A stretch of 64,000 bases of DNA from Akkermansia muciniphila (GCA_945870145.1 CAMBQV010000001.1:495-64494), one strand, 5' to 3'. Positions 18,879-30,068 are shown, counted from the first letter of the stretch. Translations and numbers: made by a program. Notes: generated by a model from the sequence alone, not told the origin.

Positions 18879-19688
18879 TTACTTCGCGAGATAGTCGTTA
18901 TACCACTTCACGCATTCAGCGACTTCGTCCACCAGCTTGTCAGACATGTGCTCATATTCACAGGTCAGGACGCCATTGAACTTTTGACGCTTCAGTTCAT
19001 CCATCACCTTTGAAAGATCTGCGCAACCTTTGCCATAGGGTACGACACGTCCTTTGGCATCCAAACTTGCCACATCCACCAGATGCAATGTGGTGATGCG
19101 TCCTTCGAGCTTCTTAACACCCTCCAATGCGGGCTTGCCAGCATTGATCCAGTGTCCAACATCTGCGCCAGCGCCGATCGCGGGATACTTCGCCAGCACC
19201 GCAGCCATCGCGTCCGGGAAGCCGGCAGGCTGCTTATGATTATGCAGGGCGACCTTGATGCCAGTCTCTTTTGAAAGCGTGCTCAGAAGCTCCATATCTT
19301 TGTCGCTCTTGCCGACCTCGACTTGCAGTGTCTCGATGCCCATCTCCTTGGCGAAAGCAAAGAGCTGCTTCCAGCCCGCCTCATCCTTCGCGCCGCAGAC
19401 ACCGTAGTTAACCATCTTGATGTTCTGTTCCTTGAGGAAGGCTTTGATCTGATCCCGCGTGGCTTGGTCCATCGAGAACTGCGTGTTGCCCGTCATATCG
19501 CCACCTAGCTTCTGGCCAGGGTACGCCTCGACATATTCGAAGCCAATCTTTTTGGCTGTCTTGACGGCGTCCACGAACGACATGTTCCGGAACGAATAGA
19601 GCTGGAGCGCCAATTTTGGCTTCCAGGTTTCACACATGCCCGACAACGCCACACCAGCAACCATCATCCCCATGATTAAACGCTTCAT
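18879..19688 (-). CDS. secreted sugar phosphate isomerase/epimerase (xylose-isomerase-like TIM barrel)
   Basis: Signal peptide MKRLIMGMMVAGVALSG; QLYSFRN...GFEYVE...HNH...E motifs of the AP-endonuclease 2 / xylose isomerase-like fold. Confidence 0.7.
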   Translation of the reverse strand: MKRLIMGMMVAGVALSGMCETWKPKLALQLYSFRNMSFVDAVKTAKKIGFEYVEAYPGQKLGGDMTGNTQFSMDQATRDQIKAFLKEQNIKMVNYGVCGAKDEAGWKQLFAFAKEMGIETLQVEVGKSDKDMELLSTLSKETGIKVALHNHKQPAGFPDAMAAVLAKYPAIGAGADVGHWINAGKPALEGVKKLEGRITTLHLVDVASLDAKGRVVPYGKGCADLSKVMDELKRQKFNGVLTCEYEHMSDKLVDEVAECVKWYNDYLAK

Positions 19689-19815
19689 ACGAGTCTCCCC
19701 TAATCCTTTAATTTTTTAGCGAAACAAGGGGCGGCATCCAAAAAGCCACTCCCTTTATTCATCGTTGTCCAGTATAGTTAAAACCCTCTCCCCATTCGAG
19801 CCTTTTTTTAGCTCT

Positions 19816-20355
19816 TCACACCATCGGGCAGTCATTGCAATGTTTCTTGCGGTCGCAGGCGACACAGTGATCGCCACGCCACACCGCATCGAACTGCTCG
19901 ATCAGCGGGGTCAGAAGTGCAGCAGAGTCCGTCAAAATACCATTCTCAAAGTTCCGGCGCTTCACACTCTTGGCGCCCATACCTGCACCAGTGAGATTCG
20001 CACTGCCGAGATAGGCAATCTTGCTGTCGCAGATGACACACTTAAAATGGACCCTCGGACAGAGCATCCTTTCAAGTCCGTCAATGAGAAGCGGATATTT
20101 ATCAAAGTCCTCTCGAAAGGCTGGGCCTGGTTCCTTGGCATGGATGAGGCGAACCTCCACTCCCCGCGCAATCAGGTCAGCGAGAACTTCCAGAAACGGA
20201 ATCATCTTGCGCCCCTTCCCCGGATGCTCCGTATACATATCTTTAATATCCGCTGTCGCAATCCACAATTGACGTTCCACCTGCGGGACAAGATCCCGAA
20301 TCACTCGTTCAAAGATCTGTCGGTCTGAAACAAATTCGGTCATAGGCCCTCCCAT
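19816..20355 (-). CDS. phospholipase D-like (HKD) domain protein, Nuc-like
   Basis: Single HxK(x4)D(x6)GSxN motif HFKCVICDSKIAYLGSANLTGAG; 179 aa; C-terminal Cys cluster CVACDRKKHCNDC. Confidence 0.7.
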   Translation of the reverse strand: MGGPMTEFVSDRQIFERVIRDLVPQVERQLWIATADIKDMYTEHPGKGRKMIPFLEVLADLIARGVEVRLIHAKEPGPAFREDFDKYPLLIDGLERMLCPRVHFKCVICDSKIAYLGSANLTGAGMGAKSVKRRNFENGILTDSAALLTPLIEQFDAVWRGDHCVACDRKKHCNDCPMV

Positions 20356-20576
20356 TCAACGGGCCCACATCGTCCATCTCCCACTTGCGCATATCTTTTC
20401 CCTTTTGCCATAATGATAGGATAACCCAGTAATCGTGCATTGACAAGGTTAACCATTTTCAACGTGATTATTTCACACTTTTTACACTTGCCCCTGTGTT
20501 CCGTAGGGACTATACTTCTACAAGATATTCATGTTTTTAACATTCCTATTATTCACGAATAGAAGGGGAATTCATT

Positions 20577-21914
20577 ATGTCCACAGGTTACACTACAAGT
20601 CGTCGTTCATTGCTTAAAATGCTGGCCGCTTCAACAGCGGCGCCTATGATTGTACCTTCCCGCCTCTTTGGCGCGGATGCGCCTTCCAACAAGATCACAC
20701 TGGGCTGCATCGGTGTAGGCTGGCAGGGCGGCGGCAATCTCCATGCTTTTCTTGGTGAAGATATGTGTCGTGTCGTGGCCATCTGCGATGTGGATGAAGG
20801 CCACCTTAAGAGTGCCATTGACTCTGTAAACAAGCGCTATGGCAATCAGGACTGCAAGGGCTATAAGGATTTCCGCGAACTGCTCGCCCGCAAAGATATC
20901 GATGCAGTCTGCATCAGCACACCGGACCACTGGCATTCCATCCCGGCCATTGCTGCCGCCAACGCAGGCAAGGATATCTTCTGCGAGAAGCCGCTCTCGC
21001 ATACCCTGAACGAGGGCATCGCCATGGTCAATGCAGTTCAAAAGAACAATCGGATCTGGCAAACCGGCTCCTGGCAGCGCAGCCAAGGTCAATTCCGCTG
21101 GGCAGCTCAAATTGTCCAGAATGGCTTCCTGGGCAAGGTCACGAATGTAGAGGTTGGCCTGCCCTCGGGTCATGCAGATTTCGGGAAGACCGGCAAGGAC
21201 AAGCCTGACGGACCTGTTCCTGCTGGCGTAGATTATGATTTCTGGGTCGGTCCTGCGCAGATGATGCCGTTCAACCCCTGCCGCTTCCATAAGAACTGGC
21301 GCTGGAACTACAACACCGGTGGCGGCCAACTGATGGACTGGATCGGCCATCACTGTGACATTGCTCATTGGGGTCTTGCCAATCCGAAGTTCGGGTGCGG
21401 ACCCGATGACGCAATCGGACCCCTTGAGGTATCTGCAACAGCCGAGTACCCAGACAAAAACGCTACCTGGAACACCGCCACAAAATTCCGGCTTGATTGC
21501 AAATATCCAAATGATGTCTCTGTTGTCATTGCCGGTGGTCATAGCGAGATCAAGGGGGGCGCAAAATGGATCGGACCGAATGGCTGGGTACGCGTGGATC
21601 GCGGTACCATCGAGGCCTCTGACAAGCAGTTTATTCGCGACATACAGGATCGCGAAAAGAAGGGCGATCTTGATATCAAACTGTACAAGAGCCCGGGTCA
21701 CATGAGAGAGTTCCTTGACTGCATCAAGTCACGCAAACGCACGCTGACGCCTGTTGAGATTGCACACCGTTCGCAGACGCCCGGTCACCTGGGACACATT
21801 GCCGCAACGGTTGGACGTAAAATCAAATGGGATTCTGTCCAGCAGGTCATTGTTGATGATGCCGAGGCCACTAAGATGCTCTCCAAGAAGATGCGGGAGC
21901 CCTGGCAGCTCTAA
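20577..21914 (+). CDS. Gfo/Idh/MocA family oxidoreductase with Tat signal
   Basis: SRRSLLKMLAASTAAPMIV Tat motif; STPDHWH, GSWQRS, VGLPSGH and GHHCDIAHW blocks. Confidence 0.8.
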   Translation: MSTGYTTSRRSLLKMLAASTAAPMIVPSRLFGADAPSNKITLGCIGVGWQGGGNLHAFLGEDMCRVVAICDVDEGHLKSAIDSVNKRYGNQDCKGYKDFRELLARKDIDAVCISTPDHWHSIPAIAAANAGKDIFCEKPLSHTLNEGIAMVNAVQKNNRIWQTGSWQRSQGQFRWAAQIVQNGFLGKVTNVEVGLPSGHADFGKTGKDKPDGPVPAGVDYDFWVGPAQMMPFNPCRFHKNWRWNYNTGGGQLMDWIGHHCDIAHWGLANPKFGCGPDDAIGPLEVSATAEYPDKNATWNTATKFRLDCKYPNDVSVVIAGGHSEIKGGAKWIGPNGWVRVDRGTIEASDKQFIRDIQDREKKGDLDIKLYKSPGHMREFLDCIKSRKRTLTPVEIAHRSQTPGHLGHIAATVGRKIKWDSVQQVIVDDAEATKMLSKKMREPWQL

Positions 21915-21950
21915 GGCATGACAAAACACAAAACATTGCTTTGTTAAGAT

Positions 21951-22186
21951 TTTAACGCGAAAACCGCAATAAGAAGGGTGGTTATCACGTCTGCCTCACG
22001 CTGAATACAGCACGGCAGAACGGATAACCACCCAGATAAAGTGACTTTCATTTTCATCAGCAAAAAACGAGTTTTTTGCTGATGAAAATTAGTATGATTC
22101 AGCGCAAATGTCCGCTCCGCCGTCCATGTATTCATGGGTGAGGCGGGCGTGACATTTGCGCTCTTCTTTGCGGCTTTTGCGTTAAA
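21951..22186. mobile_element. MITE-like composite repeat, copy A (about 25-bp TIRs TTAACGC(G/A)AAAACCGC...; internal hairpin modules)
   Basis: 5' tttaacgcgaaaaccgcaataagaag versus 3' ctcttctttgcggcttttgcgttaaa are inverted. Internal 60-nt module gcgcaaatgtccgctccgccgtccatgtattcatgggtgaggcgggcgtgacatttgcgc is shared with copy B at 29830-30068. Confidence 0.6.
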
Positions 22187-22285
22187 GTATTCAGTCTTAG
22201 CTTAACACGTATGGGTTAGACCCCGACCATAGCACAGATGTAACCGTGCCCTCCATTACCACAACATCCTCTCACCGAAAAGGCT

Positions 22286-23767
22286 CTACTCCCGGATCTT
22301 CTTCGGGGTATAGACCTTGCGCTCATTGCCCGTGATCACCTTTTCGCTGTAGGGGGCGGATTGACCCGGTTTAAACGGGAACCCCCAACGGCTGAGGGCT
22401 TCACTTGCTGTCGGGAAGTCATCGCCGATACGCTTCAACTCTGCATCGAGTTGGGTTTCCAGTTTTGCACGCACGGAAGCAGTCGCCGGTTTTTCAGCAA
22501 GGTTATCCATCTGATGGGGATCTTTTTGATCATCAAACAAGAGCGTGTCACCGCCTTTTTGACGGATAAGGGTATACGAGGCTGTACGAATGGCACGATA
22601 CGGGGCAACATTGGAAATGAAGGGACTGACCTGCATATAAAGAGCGGCCCGGTCAGATTCAGAACCTGCGTTAATCAGCCCTGAGAGGTCTTCACCCTCA
22701 AGGGTTGTCGGTTTTGTAACGCCTGTCAACCCGAGCAAGGTCGGGAGGATGTCAGGTGTCGTCAGCGGTGTCGAGACCGTCCTCGGCGCAACAGACCCTG
22801 GCAGGCGCATCAAAAAGGGGACACGAGCCGATTCATCCCAGGCCACCTGTTTGGATGTGGGCCTTATGCCCTGCGAACCCATCATCTCACCATGATCAGA
22901 AGTAAAGATAAAGATCGTATTCGTGGTCAACCCCGTCGCATCAAGTGTTGTCAGCAGCTCCCCTACACACCGATCCAGCGCCGTACAGTGGGCATAATAT
23001 CCTTGTAACTCCGTGCGGATCTTCGTTTCATCACCCTTCACATTCGGCGCAAGACGCAGGGACTCCAGGGGGTACAGCTTCTTCATGTCTTCAGGCGCAC
23101 TATTATGGGGAAAATGTGGCGTGCCGTATGAGAGCATCAAAATAAACGGTTTATCCTCTTTAGTACGGGACTTGATATAGGCCTGGGCATCACGGGTTTG
23201 GGCATAAGCATCATATCCGTCCCAGAATTTTTTAACCTCTGAATCACCCTCATAGTAGTGCGAATTCTGATAGTTGTGGTCGCACTCTGCGACCTTCCAG
23301 TACTCCCACCCCTGGCGACGCTCGCGTGGAATAAAAGCGCTGCGACCTTGGCCATCCAGATGCCACTTGCCGATATAGGCCGTTGCATACCCTGCGGTTT
23401 TGAAGATCTCGGCCATACACAGTTCTTCGTCCGGCAGATGCAGATCGTTCAGAAACATACCTGTCGAGGTCGGGAAACGGCCAGTAAGGAGTGACGCCCG
23501 GTAAGGCGTGCAAACGGGGCAGACAGAGACTGTATTCCGGAAATTCAGTCCGTTTTTCGCCAGTCGGTCGAGATTTGGCGTCTTGATATTCGGATCGCCC
23601 TCATATCCCATAGCCTTCGCGCGCCACTGATCAGCAAGCACAAAAACGATGTTCTGTTGTTTGCCCGCTGGCGCATTCTGCGCAACGGAGGTCAGCGGCT
23701 GAAGAGCGATCATGGCTGTCACACAAGCTCCGCCCAGAATAAAGGATCGGCAATTTCTACCATTCAT
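22286..23767 (-). CDS. sulfatase (formylglycine-dependent arylsulfatase family), secreted
   Basis: CTPYRASLLTGRFP (C-x-P-x-R sulfatase signature), VFVLADQWRAK, signal peptide from MNGRNCRSFILGGACVTAMIALQ. The track ORF extends to 23818. Confidence 0.85.
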   Translation of the reverse strand: MNGRNCRSFILGGACVTAMIALQPLTSVAQNAPAGKQQNIVFVLADQWRAKAMGYEGDPNIKTPNLDRLAKNGLNFRNTVSVCPVCTPYRASLLTGRFPTSTGMFLNDLHLPDEELCMAEIFKTAGYATAYIGKWHLDGQGRSAFIPRERRQGWEYWKVAECDHNYQNSHYYEGDSEVKKFWDGYDAYAQTRDAQAYIKSRTKEDKPFILMLSYGTPHFPHNSAPEDMKKLYPLESLRLAPNVKGDETKIRTELQGYYAHCTALDRCVGELLTTLDATGLTTNTIFIFTSDHGEMMGSQGIRPTSKQVAWDESARVPFLMRLPGSVAPRTVSTPLTTPDILPTLLGLTGVTKPTTLEGEDLSGLINAGSESDRAALYMQVSPFISNVAPYRAIRTASYTLIRQKGGDTLLFDDQKDPHQMDNLAEKPATASVRAKLETQLDAELKRIGDDFPTASEALSRWGFPFKPGQSAPYSEKVITGNERKVYTPKKIRE

Positions 23768-23840
23768 TTTATGTCCCCCAAAAATCGAATAATACTCTTT
23801 TGCGGTTGGCTTGGGCAAGACGCAATTTCAAACTGTGATC

Positions 23841-24557
23841 CTATGCCAGGCGCTCGCGCAGATAGGCTTCAAGTTGTCGGACAAGGACAGGATCAGCGGC
23901 GGGGACATCGGGAAGTGGCAGGTCGCGTCCGAGGGCCTGATATTTTTCCGCGGCCATCGTGTGATAGGGCAACAGCTCGACCCGCTGAATACAGGTATAG
24001 GGTTTTAACAGGCGCGCCAAGGCATCCATCACCTCTCGCGTGTCGCTCCAGCCCGGAACCACCACATGCCTGATCCAGACAGCTTGGTGCTGTTCTTCAG
24101 CTTGCTGGAGAAGTTTTAAAGGCCCCTCGAGTCTGCCCCCGGTCAAGGCGTGGCATTTCTCGGAATCAGGATGTTTAATATCCAACAACAAAAGATCTGC
24201 TAGCCGAGCAGCCTCCAGTGCAGGAGCTGTCACGCACACGCCACTGGTATCAATCGCTGTATGAATGCCCTTCGCCTGGCAGGCCTTGAGGAGCTCGGCA
24301 ACCGCCTGAGGCTGCGCCAGGGGCTCACCGCCGGAGAGTGTCACCCCTCCCCCCGGTCCAAAGTACGGACGCGTCCGCTCGATTGTATGCATGAGCTCTG
24401 CAAGGGCCATCTCATGTCCACCCGCAAAACTCTGGGTGTCCGGATTCTGGCAATAGAGGCAACGCAGCGGACAGCCCTGAAAAAAGATGACACAACGCAC
24501 CCCGGGACCATCCACACCCCCGAGTGTCTCAATGCTATGGATACGGCAGTTGTTCAT
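23841..24557 (-). CDS. pflA: pyruvate formate-lyase activating enzyme (glycyl-radical activase)
   Basis: GGVDGPGVRCVIFFQGCPLRCLYCQNP radical-SAM motif; 238 aa; start codon abuts the pflB stop. Confidence 0.9.
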   Translation of the reverse strand: MNNCRIHSIETLGGVDGPGVRCVIFFQGCPLRCLYCQNPDTQSFAGGHEMALAELMHTIERTRPYFGPGGGVTLSGGEPLAQPQAVAELLKACQAKGIHTAIDTSGVCVTAPALEAARLADLLLLDIKHPDSEKCHALTGGRLEGPLKLLQQAEEQHQAVWIRHVVVPGWSDTREVMDALARLLKPYTCIQRVELLPYHTMAAEKYQALGRDLPLPDVPAADPVLVRQLEAYLRERLA

Positions 24558-26804
24558 TTAGAGTCCTGTGTGAAAGGTGCGCGCAATCACTTCATCCTGC
24601 TGTTTGCGGCTCAAGCGTGTAAAGTTGACTGCATACCCGGAGACGCGAATGGTCAACTGCGGGAAACGTTCCGGATGGGCCTGCGCCTCCAGCAGTTGTT
24701 TCCTATTCAAGACATTCACATTGAGGTGATGGCCAGCCTGTCCGAAATACCCATCGAGAATCTGAGTCAGGTTGGTCGTCTGTTCTGGAAGGACAGGACC
24801 GAGGCTCTCGGGTGTGATGGTAAAGGTGCAACTGATGCCGTCACGGCAACTATCATACGAAATGCCCGCCACAGAGTTCAGCGAAGCCAAGGCTCCGCGA
24901 CCATCGCGATTGTGCATGGGATTGGCCCCGGGCGCAAAGGGCTTACCCGCAGGGCGTCCATCGGGGGTCGCGCCTGTCGCGCGTCCATAGACCACATTCG
25001 AGGTGATGGTCAATACGGAGAGGGTGTGAATGGCATTGCGATAGGTGGAATTCTTTTTCAGTCCTTGTTCAAAGTCTTTGACCAACTCTTGCGCCATGCG
25101 ATCCACGCGCTCGTCATCATTCCCGTAACACGGGAACTCCCCCTCGATCCTGAAATCAATAGCCAGTTCACGGTCATCCTGCACAGGCGTCACGCGGGCA
25201 AAGCGAATGGCGCTCAAGCTGTCCGCCATGACCGAGAGACCTGCCAGTCCGAAGGCCATGAAGCGTTCCACGTCAGTATCATGCAGGCTCATCTCCAACT
25301 TCTCATACGCATACTTGTCGTGCATGAAGTGGATAATGTTCATGGTATTGACATAGAGCTCGCAAAGCCAGTCGGCATAGAACTGGAATTGCTCTTTCAC
25401 CTGCTCATAGTTTAGCTTTGCTCCTGTCAGCAATGGACGCTCCGGCGCAATCTGAAGTCCAGAGGGTTCATCCCTGCCTCCATTGATCGCGAGCAGCAAC
25501 ACCTTGGGCAAGTTACACCGTGCGCCGAAGTACTGCATCTGCTTGCCGATCTTCATGGCCGAGACGCAACAGGCGATGCCGTAATCATCACCGTATCGGG
25601 GACGCATCAAGTCATCATTCTCATACTGAATCGAATCCGTCTCGATGCTGACCTTCGCGCAATACCTGCGAAACGCGACGGGCAACTGCTTCGACCAGAG
25701 GATCGTGAGATTAGGTTCCGGTGCATGTCCAAGCGTATAGAGCGTATTCAGGAAGCGATACGTGGTCCGCGTCACCAAGGTACGGCCATCCTCGCCCATG
25801 CCTCCCAACGCCTCTGTAATCCACATCGGATCCCCGGCAAAGAGATCATTGTATTCGGGTGTCCGGAGCTGACGCGCCATTCGTAACTTCATCACAAACT
25901 GATCCACCAGTTCCTGTGCCTGAGCCTCCTGAAACAAACCATTTCGCAGATCGCGCGCAATATAGATGTCCAGAAATGAACTCACACGGCCGAGGGACAT
26001 CGCTGCGCCATTCTGCTCTTTAATAGCACCTAAGTAGGCGAAGTAAACCCACTGGAAAGCCTCTTGGGCCGTGCGGGCAGGAGTGGATATATCCAGTCCA
26101 TACGCAGCCGCCATCTCTTTGAGTTTCTGGAGGAAATCCATCTCCTTCCACAACTCCTCACAGCGCCGGATCGTCTCTTCGGTCATGGGTGTCGCAGCAA
26201 GAGTGTCTTTGTCCTGTTGCTTATCTTTGATCAACGCGTCAACCCCGTACAGTGCGACACGCCGGTAATCGCCAATGATGCGTCCGCGGCCGTAGGCATC
26301 CGGGAGGCCCGTGATATACCCATACTTTCGCAAGAGCAACATGGTTTGGTTATAGACATGAAACACGCCATCATTGTGTGTTGTCCGATAAGCGCACGCC
26401 CGTTCCACCTCTTCACCCAGCTTGTATCCATAAGCCTCGCACGCCTGGCGCGCCAGTCGCAGACCGCCAAAGGGATTAACGCCACGGCAGAGCGGCTTCT
26501 CAGTCTGCAGCCCCACAATCAGCTCATTCTCGCGATCCAGATACCCCGGCGTATATGTCAGGAGGGAGGAGACCACATTGACATTCACATCAAGAACGCC
26601 CCCTTTTGCAGCCTCCTGGCGCAAGAGCTCCTGAAGCTTCAGGTTCAAGGCCTGCGTACGGGGGGTCGGTCCGGAAAGAAAGGACTCATCACCCCCATAA
26701 GGGGTCACGTTTTGCTGGATAAAATCGCGGACGTCGATGGCGTGTTGCCAACCGCCGGAATGGAAGCCTTGCCAGGCTGTTTCACATACTGCCGAACTCT
26801 TCAT
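24558..26804 (-). CDS. pflB: formate C-acetyltransferase (pyruvate formate-lyase)
   Basis: 748 aa; glycyl-radical motif RVSGYAVNF near the C-terminus; PFL fold throughout. Confidence 0.9.
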   Translation of the reverse strand: MKSSAVCETAWQGFHSGGWQHAIDVRDFIQQNVTPYGGDESFLSGPTPRTQALNLKLQELLRQEAAKGGVLDVNVNVVSSLLTYTPGYLDRENELIVGLQTEKPLCRGVNPFGGLRLARQACEAYGYKLGEEVERACAYRTTHNDGVFHVYNQTMLLLRKYGYITGLPDAYGRGRIIGDYRRVALYGVDALIKDKQQDKDTLAATPMTEETIRRCEELWKEMDFLQKLKEMAAAYGLDISTPARTAQEAFQWVYFAYLGAIKEQNGAAMSLGRVSSFLDIYIARDLRNGLFQEAQAQELVDQFVMKLRMARQLRTPEYNDLFAGDPMWITEALGGMGEDGRTLVTRTTYRFLNTLYTLGHAPEPNLTILWSKQLPVAFRRYCAKVSIETDSIQYENDDLMRPRYGDDYGIACCVSAMKIGKQMQYFGARCNLPKVLLLAINGGRDEPSGLQIAPERPLLTGAKLNYEQVKEQFQFYADWLCELYVNTMNIIHFMHDKYAYEKLEMSLHDTDVERFMAFGLAGLSVMADSLSAIRFARVTPVQDDRELAIDFRIEGEFPCYGNDDERVDRMAQELVKDFEQGLKKNSTYRNAIHTLSVLTITSNVVYGRATGATPDGRPAGKPFAPGANPMHNRDGRGALASLNSVAGISYDSCRDGISCTFTITPESLGPVLPEQTTNLTQILDGYFGQAGHHLNVNVLNRKQLLEAQAHPERFPQLTIRVSGYAVNFTRLSRKQQDEVIARTFHTGL

Positions 26805-27036
26805 GCTGGGCGTACTCCTTGTCTCTTATGACATTGATCAGGGCGCCCAGGCGGTCGGCAGTTAAACGATACAGTCCCTCGTGGTGTCAACCCACACACA
26901 ACATGTCGTTGCGTTTCCGCCAGTCCTGTATCGAAGAAATTGTTTTAAAGTGTACCTGATTTTCTCTTCGGATGCCACTCTTTTTAGGTGACAACCGCGG
27001 AACCATGATTTATCCTTAACCCCGACGAAAGATAGA

Positions 27037-27078
27037 CTGGAATATTGGGATGCTGGAACAATGGAATACTGGAAGAGG
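27037..27078. repeat. tandem (C)TGGAATA(T/C)TGG units just upstream of P-type ATPase start
   Basis: actggaatattgggatgctggaacaatggaatactggaagagg; same unit family as the 3721-3865 hairpin. Confidence 0.4.
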
Positions 27079-27094
27079 AGAGGTGGAGAGAACG

Positions 27095-29791
27095 ATGAAT
27101 AGCTGGCATACTTTGGATACCGAGGCCGCACTGAACCATTTGCAAACAAACATGCACCAGGGCTTGTCAACAGCACAAGTAACCGAGCGTTTAGCGAAAG
27201 ACGGCCCTAATGAATTGATTGAAAAAGGAGGGCGCACCCCCTTTCAAATTTTATGGGAACAGGTGACGGCAACCATGGTTCTGATCTTGGTTGCCGCTGC
27301 CGTCATTTCAGGTTTTCTGGGCGACACCAAAAATCTCATCGCCATCCTCTCGATCGTCGTCCTCTACGCCTTCCTGGGCTTCATCCAGGAGTACCGTGCC
27401 GAGCGCGCGATCGCGGCACTCAAGAAATTGTCGGTTCCCCATGTGCGCGTCAAGCGAAATGGACAGATCGTTGAATGTTCTGCAAGCGAACTTATTGCTG
27501 GTGACATCCTGTTGCTTGAAACAGGAAATCTCATCCCTGCGGATGTGCGATTGCTTGAAGCGGTCAATCTGCAGGTGCAGGAGGCAGCGTTGACAGGGGA
27601 GTCCGAACCCGTCGAAAAGCAGACCCGTCCGTTACCCGTGCTGGAACTTCCGCTCGGCGATCGCCGCAACATGGCATACATGGGGACCATCGTGACACAA
27701 GGACGCGGAGAAGCCGTCGTGGTGGCCACAGGCATGAATACCGAGCTGGGCAAGATCGCCAACTTGATCCAACAGGTTCCTCAGGAGGCGACACCGCTCC
27801 AGAAGCGACTCGACCGACTCGGCAAAAGCATGGCCTTGGTGGGTGTCATTATCGCAGGTCTTATTTTAGTTATCGGCCTCTGGCACGGCGATGATATCCG
27901 CCACATGCTGTTAACCGCAGTCAGCGTCGCTGTGGCAATCGTTCCCGAAGGGCTGCCTGCCGTGGTGACCATCACCCTGGCTCTCGGCGCTCAGCGCATG
28001 CTCGCACGGAAAGCATTGATCCGGAAGCTGCCCGCTGTCGAAACGTTGGGTTCCGTCACCGTGATCTGTTCGGATAAAACAGGGACCCTGACTGAAAACC
28101 GCATGACCGTCGTGGTACTCGATGTAGTCGGTCACTCCGTTGACCTGACTGAGGAGATGAAAAATTCAGGCAGTTTTCAATTCCAACGCTGGAGCACGCA
28201 ATCAGCCTCTGCTCCTGAAAGCGCATTGGATCTGCTTTCGGTCGGTGGCGTTTTATGTAATGACGCCAAGCTCATTGAGCAGACCGAAGGACGTTATCAT
28301 ACTTTTGGCGATCCGACCGAAAGTGCGCTGGTTGTCGCGGGCGCCAAGCGCGGCTTCTGGAAAGAGGAGATGGAAACTGATTTTCCGCGCGTCTCCGAGT
28401 TGCCGTTTGACAGCGATCGGAAGCGGATGACCACCCTTCACACCGTTGCCAAAAAAATACCCGCATGGGGAATCACCAGCCCGTATCTGGCCTTCACAAA
28501 GGGGAGCGCAGATGGATTGCTGGAGGTCTCCTCGCATGTCCGAGTCAACGACACGGTCGAGGTAATGGATGATCAATGGAAAGGACGCATTATCGCCTCC
28601 GTAGAGAAGATGGCCGCACGCGGCATGCGGGTCCTCGGCGTCGCTTATCGGACGCTTGATCAAATCCCTGCCCCTGCAGAGACAGAGAAAGACCTCATTT
28701 TTGTGGGGCTCTTTGCCATGATTGATCCCCCGCGGCCAGAGGTCAAAGATGCTGTGGCGTTAACCAAGAGCGCCGGAATCCGCACCGTGATGATCACGGG
28801 CGATCATCCGCTGACCGCGGTGGAGATCGGACGGCAACTCGGTATCTCAGAAAACAATCAAGCGCTGACCGGGGTGGAGATTGAGCGGATGTCCCCTGAA
28901 GAGCTCAAGGCCAAAGTCGCAACTGTGAATGTCTTTGCACGCGTCTCGCCCGAGCACAAGATTAAAATCGTCCAAGCCTTGCAGGAGCTCGGACATATCG
29001 TCTCCATGACAGGTGATGGCGTCAACGACGCCCCGGCGCTACGGCGTGCCAACATCGGTGTGGCCATGGGTATTACCGGCACCGATGTTTCAAAAGAGGC
29101 GAGCGACCTGGTGCTTCTGGATGATAATTTCGCGACCATCGTGGCGGCGGTCAAGGAGGGCCGCACCATTTACGACAACATCCGCAAGTTTGTGCGCTTC
29201 AGCGTGGCAGGAAATATCGGCAAGGTGCTCGTGATGCTGATCGCGCCCTTTTTGGGCAAACCCATTCCGTTGCTGCCCTTGCAGCTGCTCTGGCTAAACT
29301 TACTGACCGATGGCTTGCTGGGATTAGGGCTCGGCGTGGAAAAATCCGAGAAGGATACAATGCAGCGTCCCCCCTACTCGCCTGCGGAGGGCGTCTTCAG
29401 TCAGGGGTCCGGTCGCCAGACCCTTGGAACCGGACTCCTGATCGGTCTTTTGTGCCTCGGGATCGGTACGTGGTATTACGCCAACAATCGCGACGAGTGG
29501 CAGACTATGATTTTCAGTTCGCTCGCCTTTGCGCAAGTCGGGCAGGCGCTCTCCAGCCGTTCCAACCGTGAATCCCTTCTGCAACTCGGTTTAGGAAGCA
29601 ACCCGCTGATGACAGGCATGGCCCTGCTGGTCACAACACTCCAGCTCGGCGTGCTCTATATTCCGCCAGTGGCCTCCTTCTTCTCTGTCGTCCCTCTGGG
29701 ACTCCTCGATCTCGCAATTGCGTTGGGGGCTGGCCTCTTGGTCCTCGTCATCCTGGAGCTTTTCAAAGCCAGCCGAGCTGGAAAACTCTAG
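27095..29791 (+). CDS. cation-transporting P-type ATPase, Ca2+-type (type IIA-like)
   Basis: DKTGTLT phosphorylation site, [11 protein letters not shown] hinge, TM4 PEGLP motif typical of Ca-ATPases; RBS GGAGAG then ATG at 27095. The track ORF starts earlier at 27050. Confidence 0.85.
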   Translation: MNSWHTLDTEAALNHLQTNMHQGLSTAQVTERLAKDGPNELIEKGGRTPFQILWEQVTATMVLILVAAAVISGFLGDTKNLIAILSIVVLYAFLGFIQEYRAERAIAALKKLSVPHVRVKRNGQIVECSASELIAGDILLLETGNLIPADVRLLEAVNLQVQEAALTGESEPVEKQTRPLPVLELPLGDRRNMAYMGTIVTQGRGEAVVVATGMNTELGKIANLIQQVPQEATPLQKRLDRLGKSMALVGVIIAGLILVIGLWHGDDIRHMLLTAVSVAVAIVPEGLPAVVTITLALGAQRMLARKALIRKLPAVETLGSVTVICSDKTGTLTENRMTVVVLDVVGHSVDLTEEMKNSGSFQFQRWSTQSASAPESALDLLSVGGVLCNDAKLIEQTEGRYHTFGDPTESALVVAGAKRGFWKEEMETDFPRVSELPFDSDRKRMTTLHTVAKKIPAWGITSPYLAFTKGSADGLLEVSSHVRVNDTVEVMDDQWKGRIIASVEKMAARGMRVLGVAYRTLDQIPAPAETEKDLIFVGLFAMIDPPRPEVKDAVALTKSAGIRTVMITGDHPLTAVEIGRQLGISENNQALTGVEIERMSPEELKAKVATVNVFARVSPEHKIKIVQALQELGHIVSMTGDGVNDAPALRRANIGVAMGITGTDVSKEASDLVLLDDNFATIVAAVKEGRTIYDNIRKFVRFSVAGNIGKVLVMLIAPFLGKPIPLLPLQLLWLNLLTDGLLGLGLGVEKSEKDTMQRPPYSPAEGVFSQGSGRQTLGTGLLIGLLCLGIGTWYYANNRDEWQTMIFSSLAFAQVGQALSSRSNRESLLQLGLGSNPLMTGMALLVTTLQLGVLYIPPVASFFSVVPLGLLDLAIALGAGLLVLVILELFKASRAGKL

Positions 29792-29829
29792 TCTTTTTTT
29801 ATCACAGTTTGTCAAAAAACTGCTGAAGC

Positions 29830-30068
29830 TTTAGCGCAAAAACCGCTAAGAAGAGCTCAAATGCCTCGCCCGCCTCACCCGTGAATACACGGACGGCGGA
29901 GCGGGCATTTGAGCTGGCAATAAATCTTCTACATTTAATTACTGTGAACACTAGTCATGAGTAATTTAACGCTTTCTTAAACTTCCGCGAGGCTATCCAT
30001 TCCGCCGTCCATGTATTCATGGGCGAGGCGGATGAGATAGCCTCGCAAAATTTGCGGTTTTTGCGTTA
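29830..30068. mobile_element. MITE-like composite repeat, copy B
   Basis: TIRs agcgcaaaaaccgctaagaag and gcaaaatttgcggtttttgcgttaag. Contains the 60-nt hairpin module twice, once inverted (29851-29912) and once direct with a different stem (29984-30045). Lies between convergent ATPase and cstA ends. Confidence 0.6.

Noticed and set aside
19765-20328. 187-aa plus-strand ORF
   Set aside because: Antisense to the PLD-like gene, which carries an intact HKD motif.
20356-20576. TTGACA...TGATTAT promoter-like sequence upstream of Gfo/Idh/MocA gene 20577
   Set aside because: Spacer length ambiguous (17-19 nt) and the -10 hexamer is poor. Promoter consensus for this lineage is not established, so not reported as a feature.
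20631-21701. 356-aa minus-strand ORF
   Set aside because: Lies entirely antisense to the well-supported Gfo/Idh/MocA gene 20577-21914. It has no recognisable motifs and is a typical high-GC antisense shadow ORF.
21944-22135. 63-aa ORF inside MITE-like copy A
   Set aside because: Falls within the structured repeat element; no RBS or conservation between the two element copies at the protein level.
24261-25415. 384-aa plus-strand ORF
   Set aside because: Antisense to pflB, whose identity is unambiguous (glycyl-radical motif); no motifs of its own.
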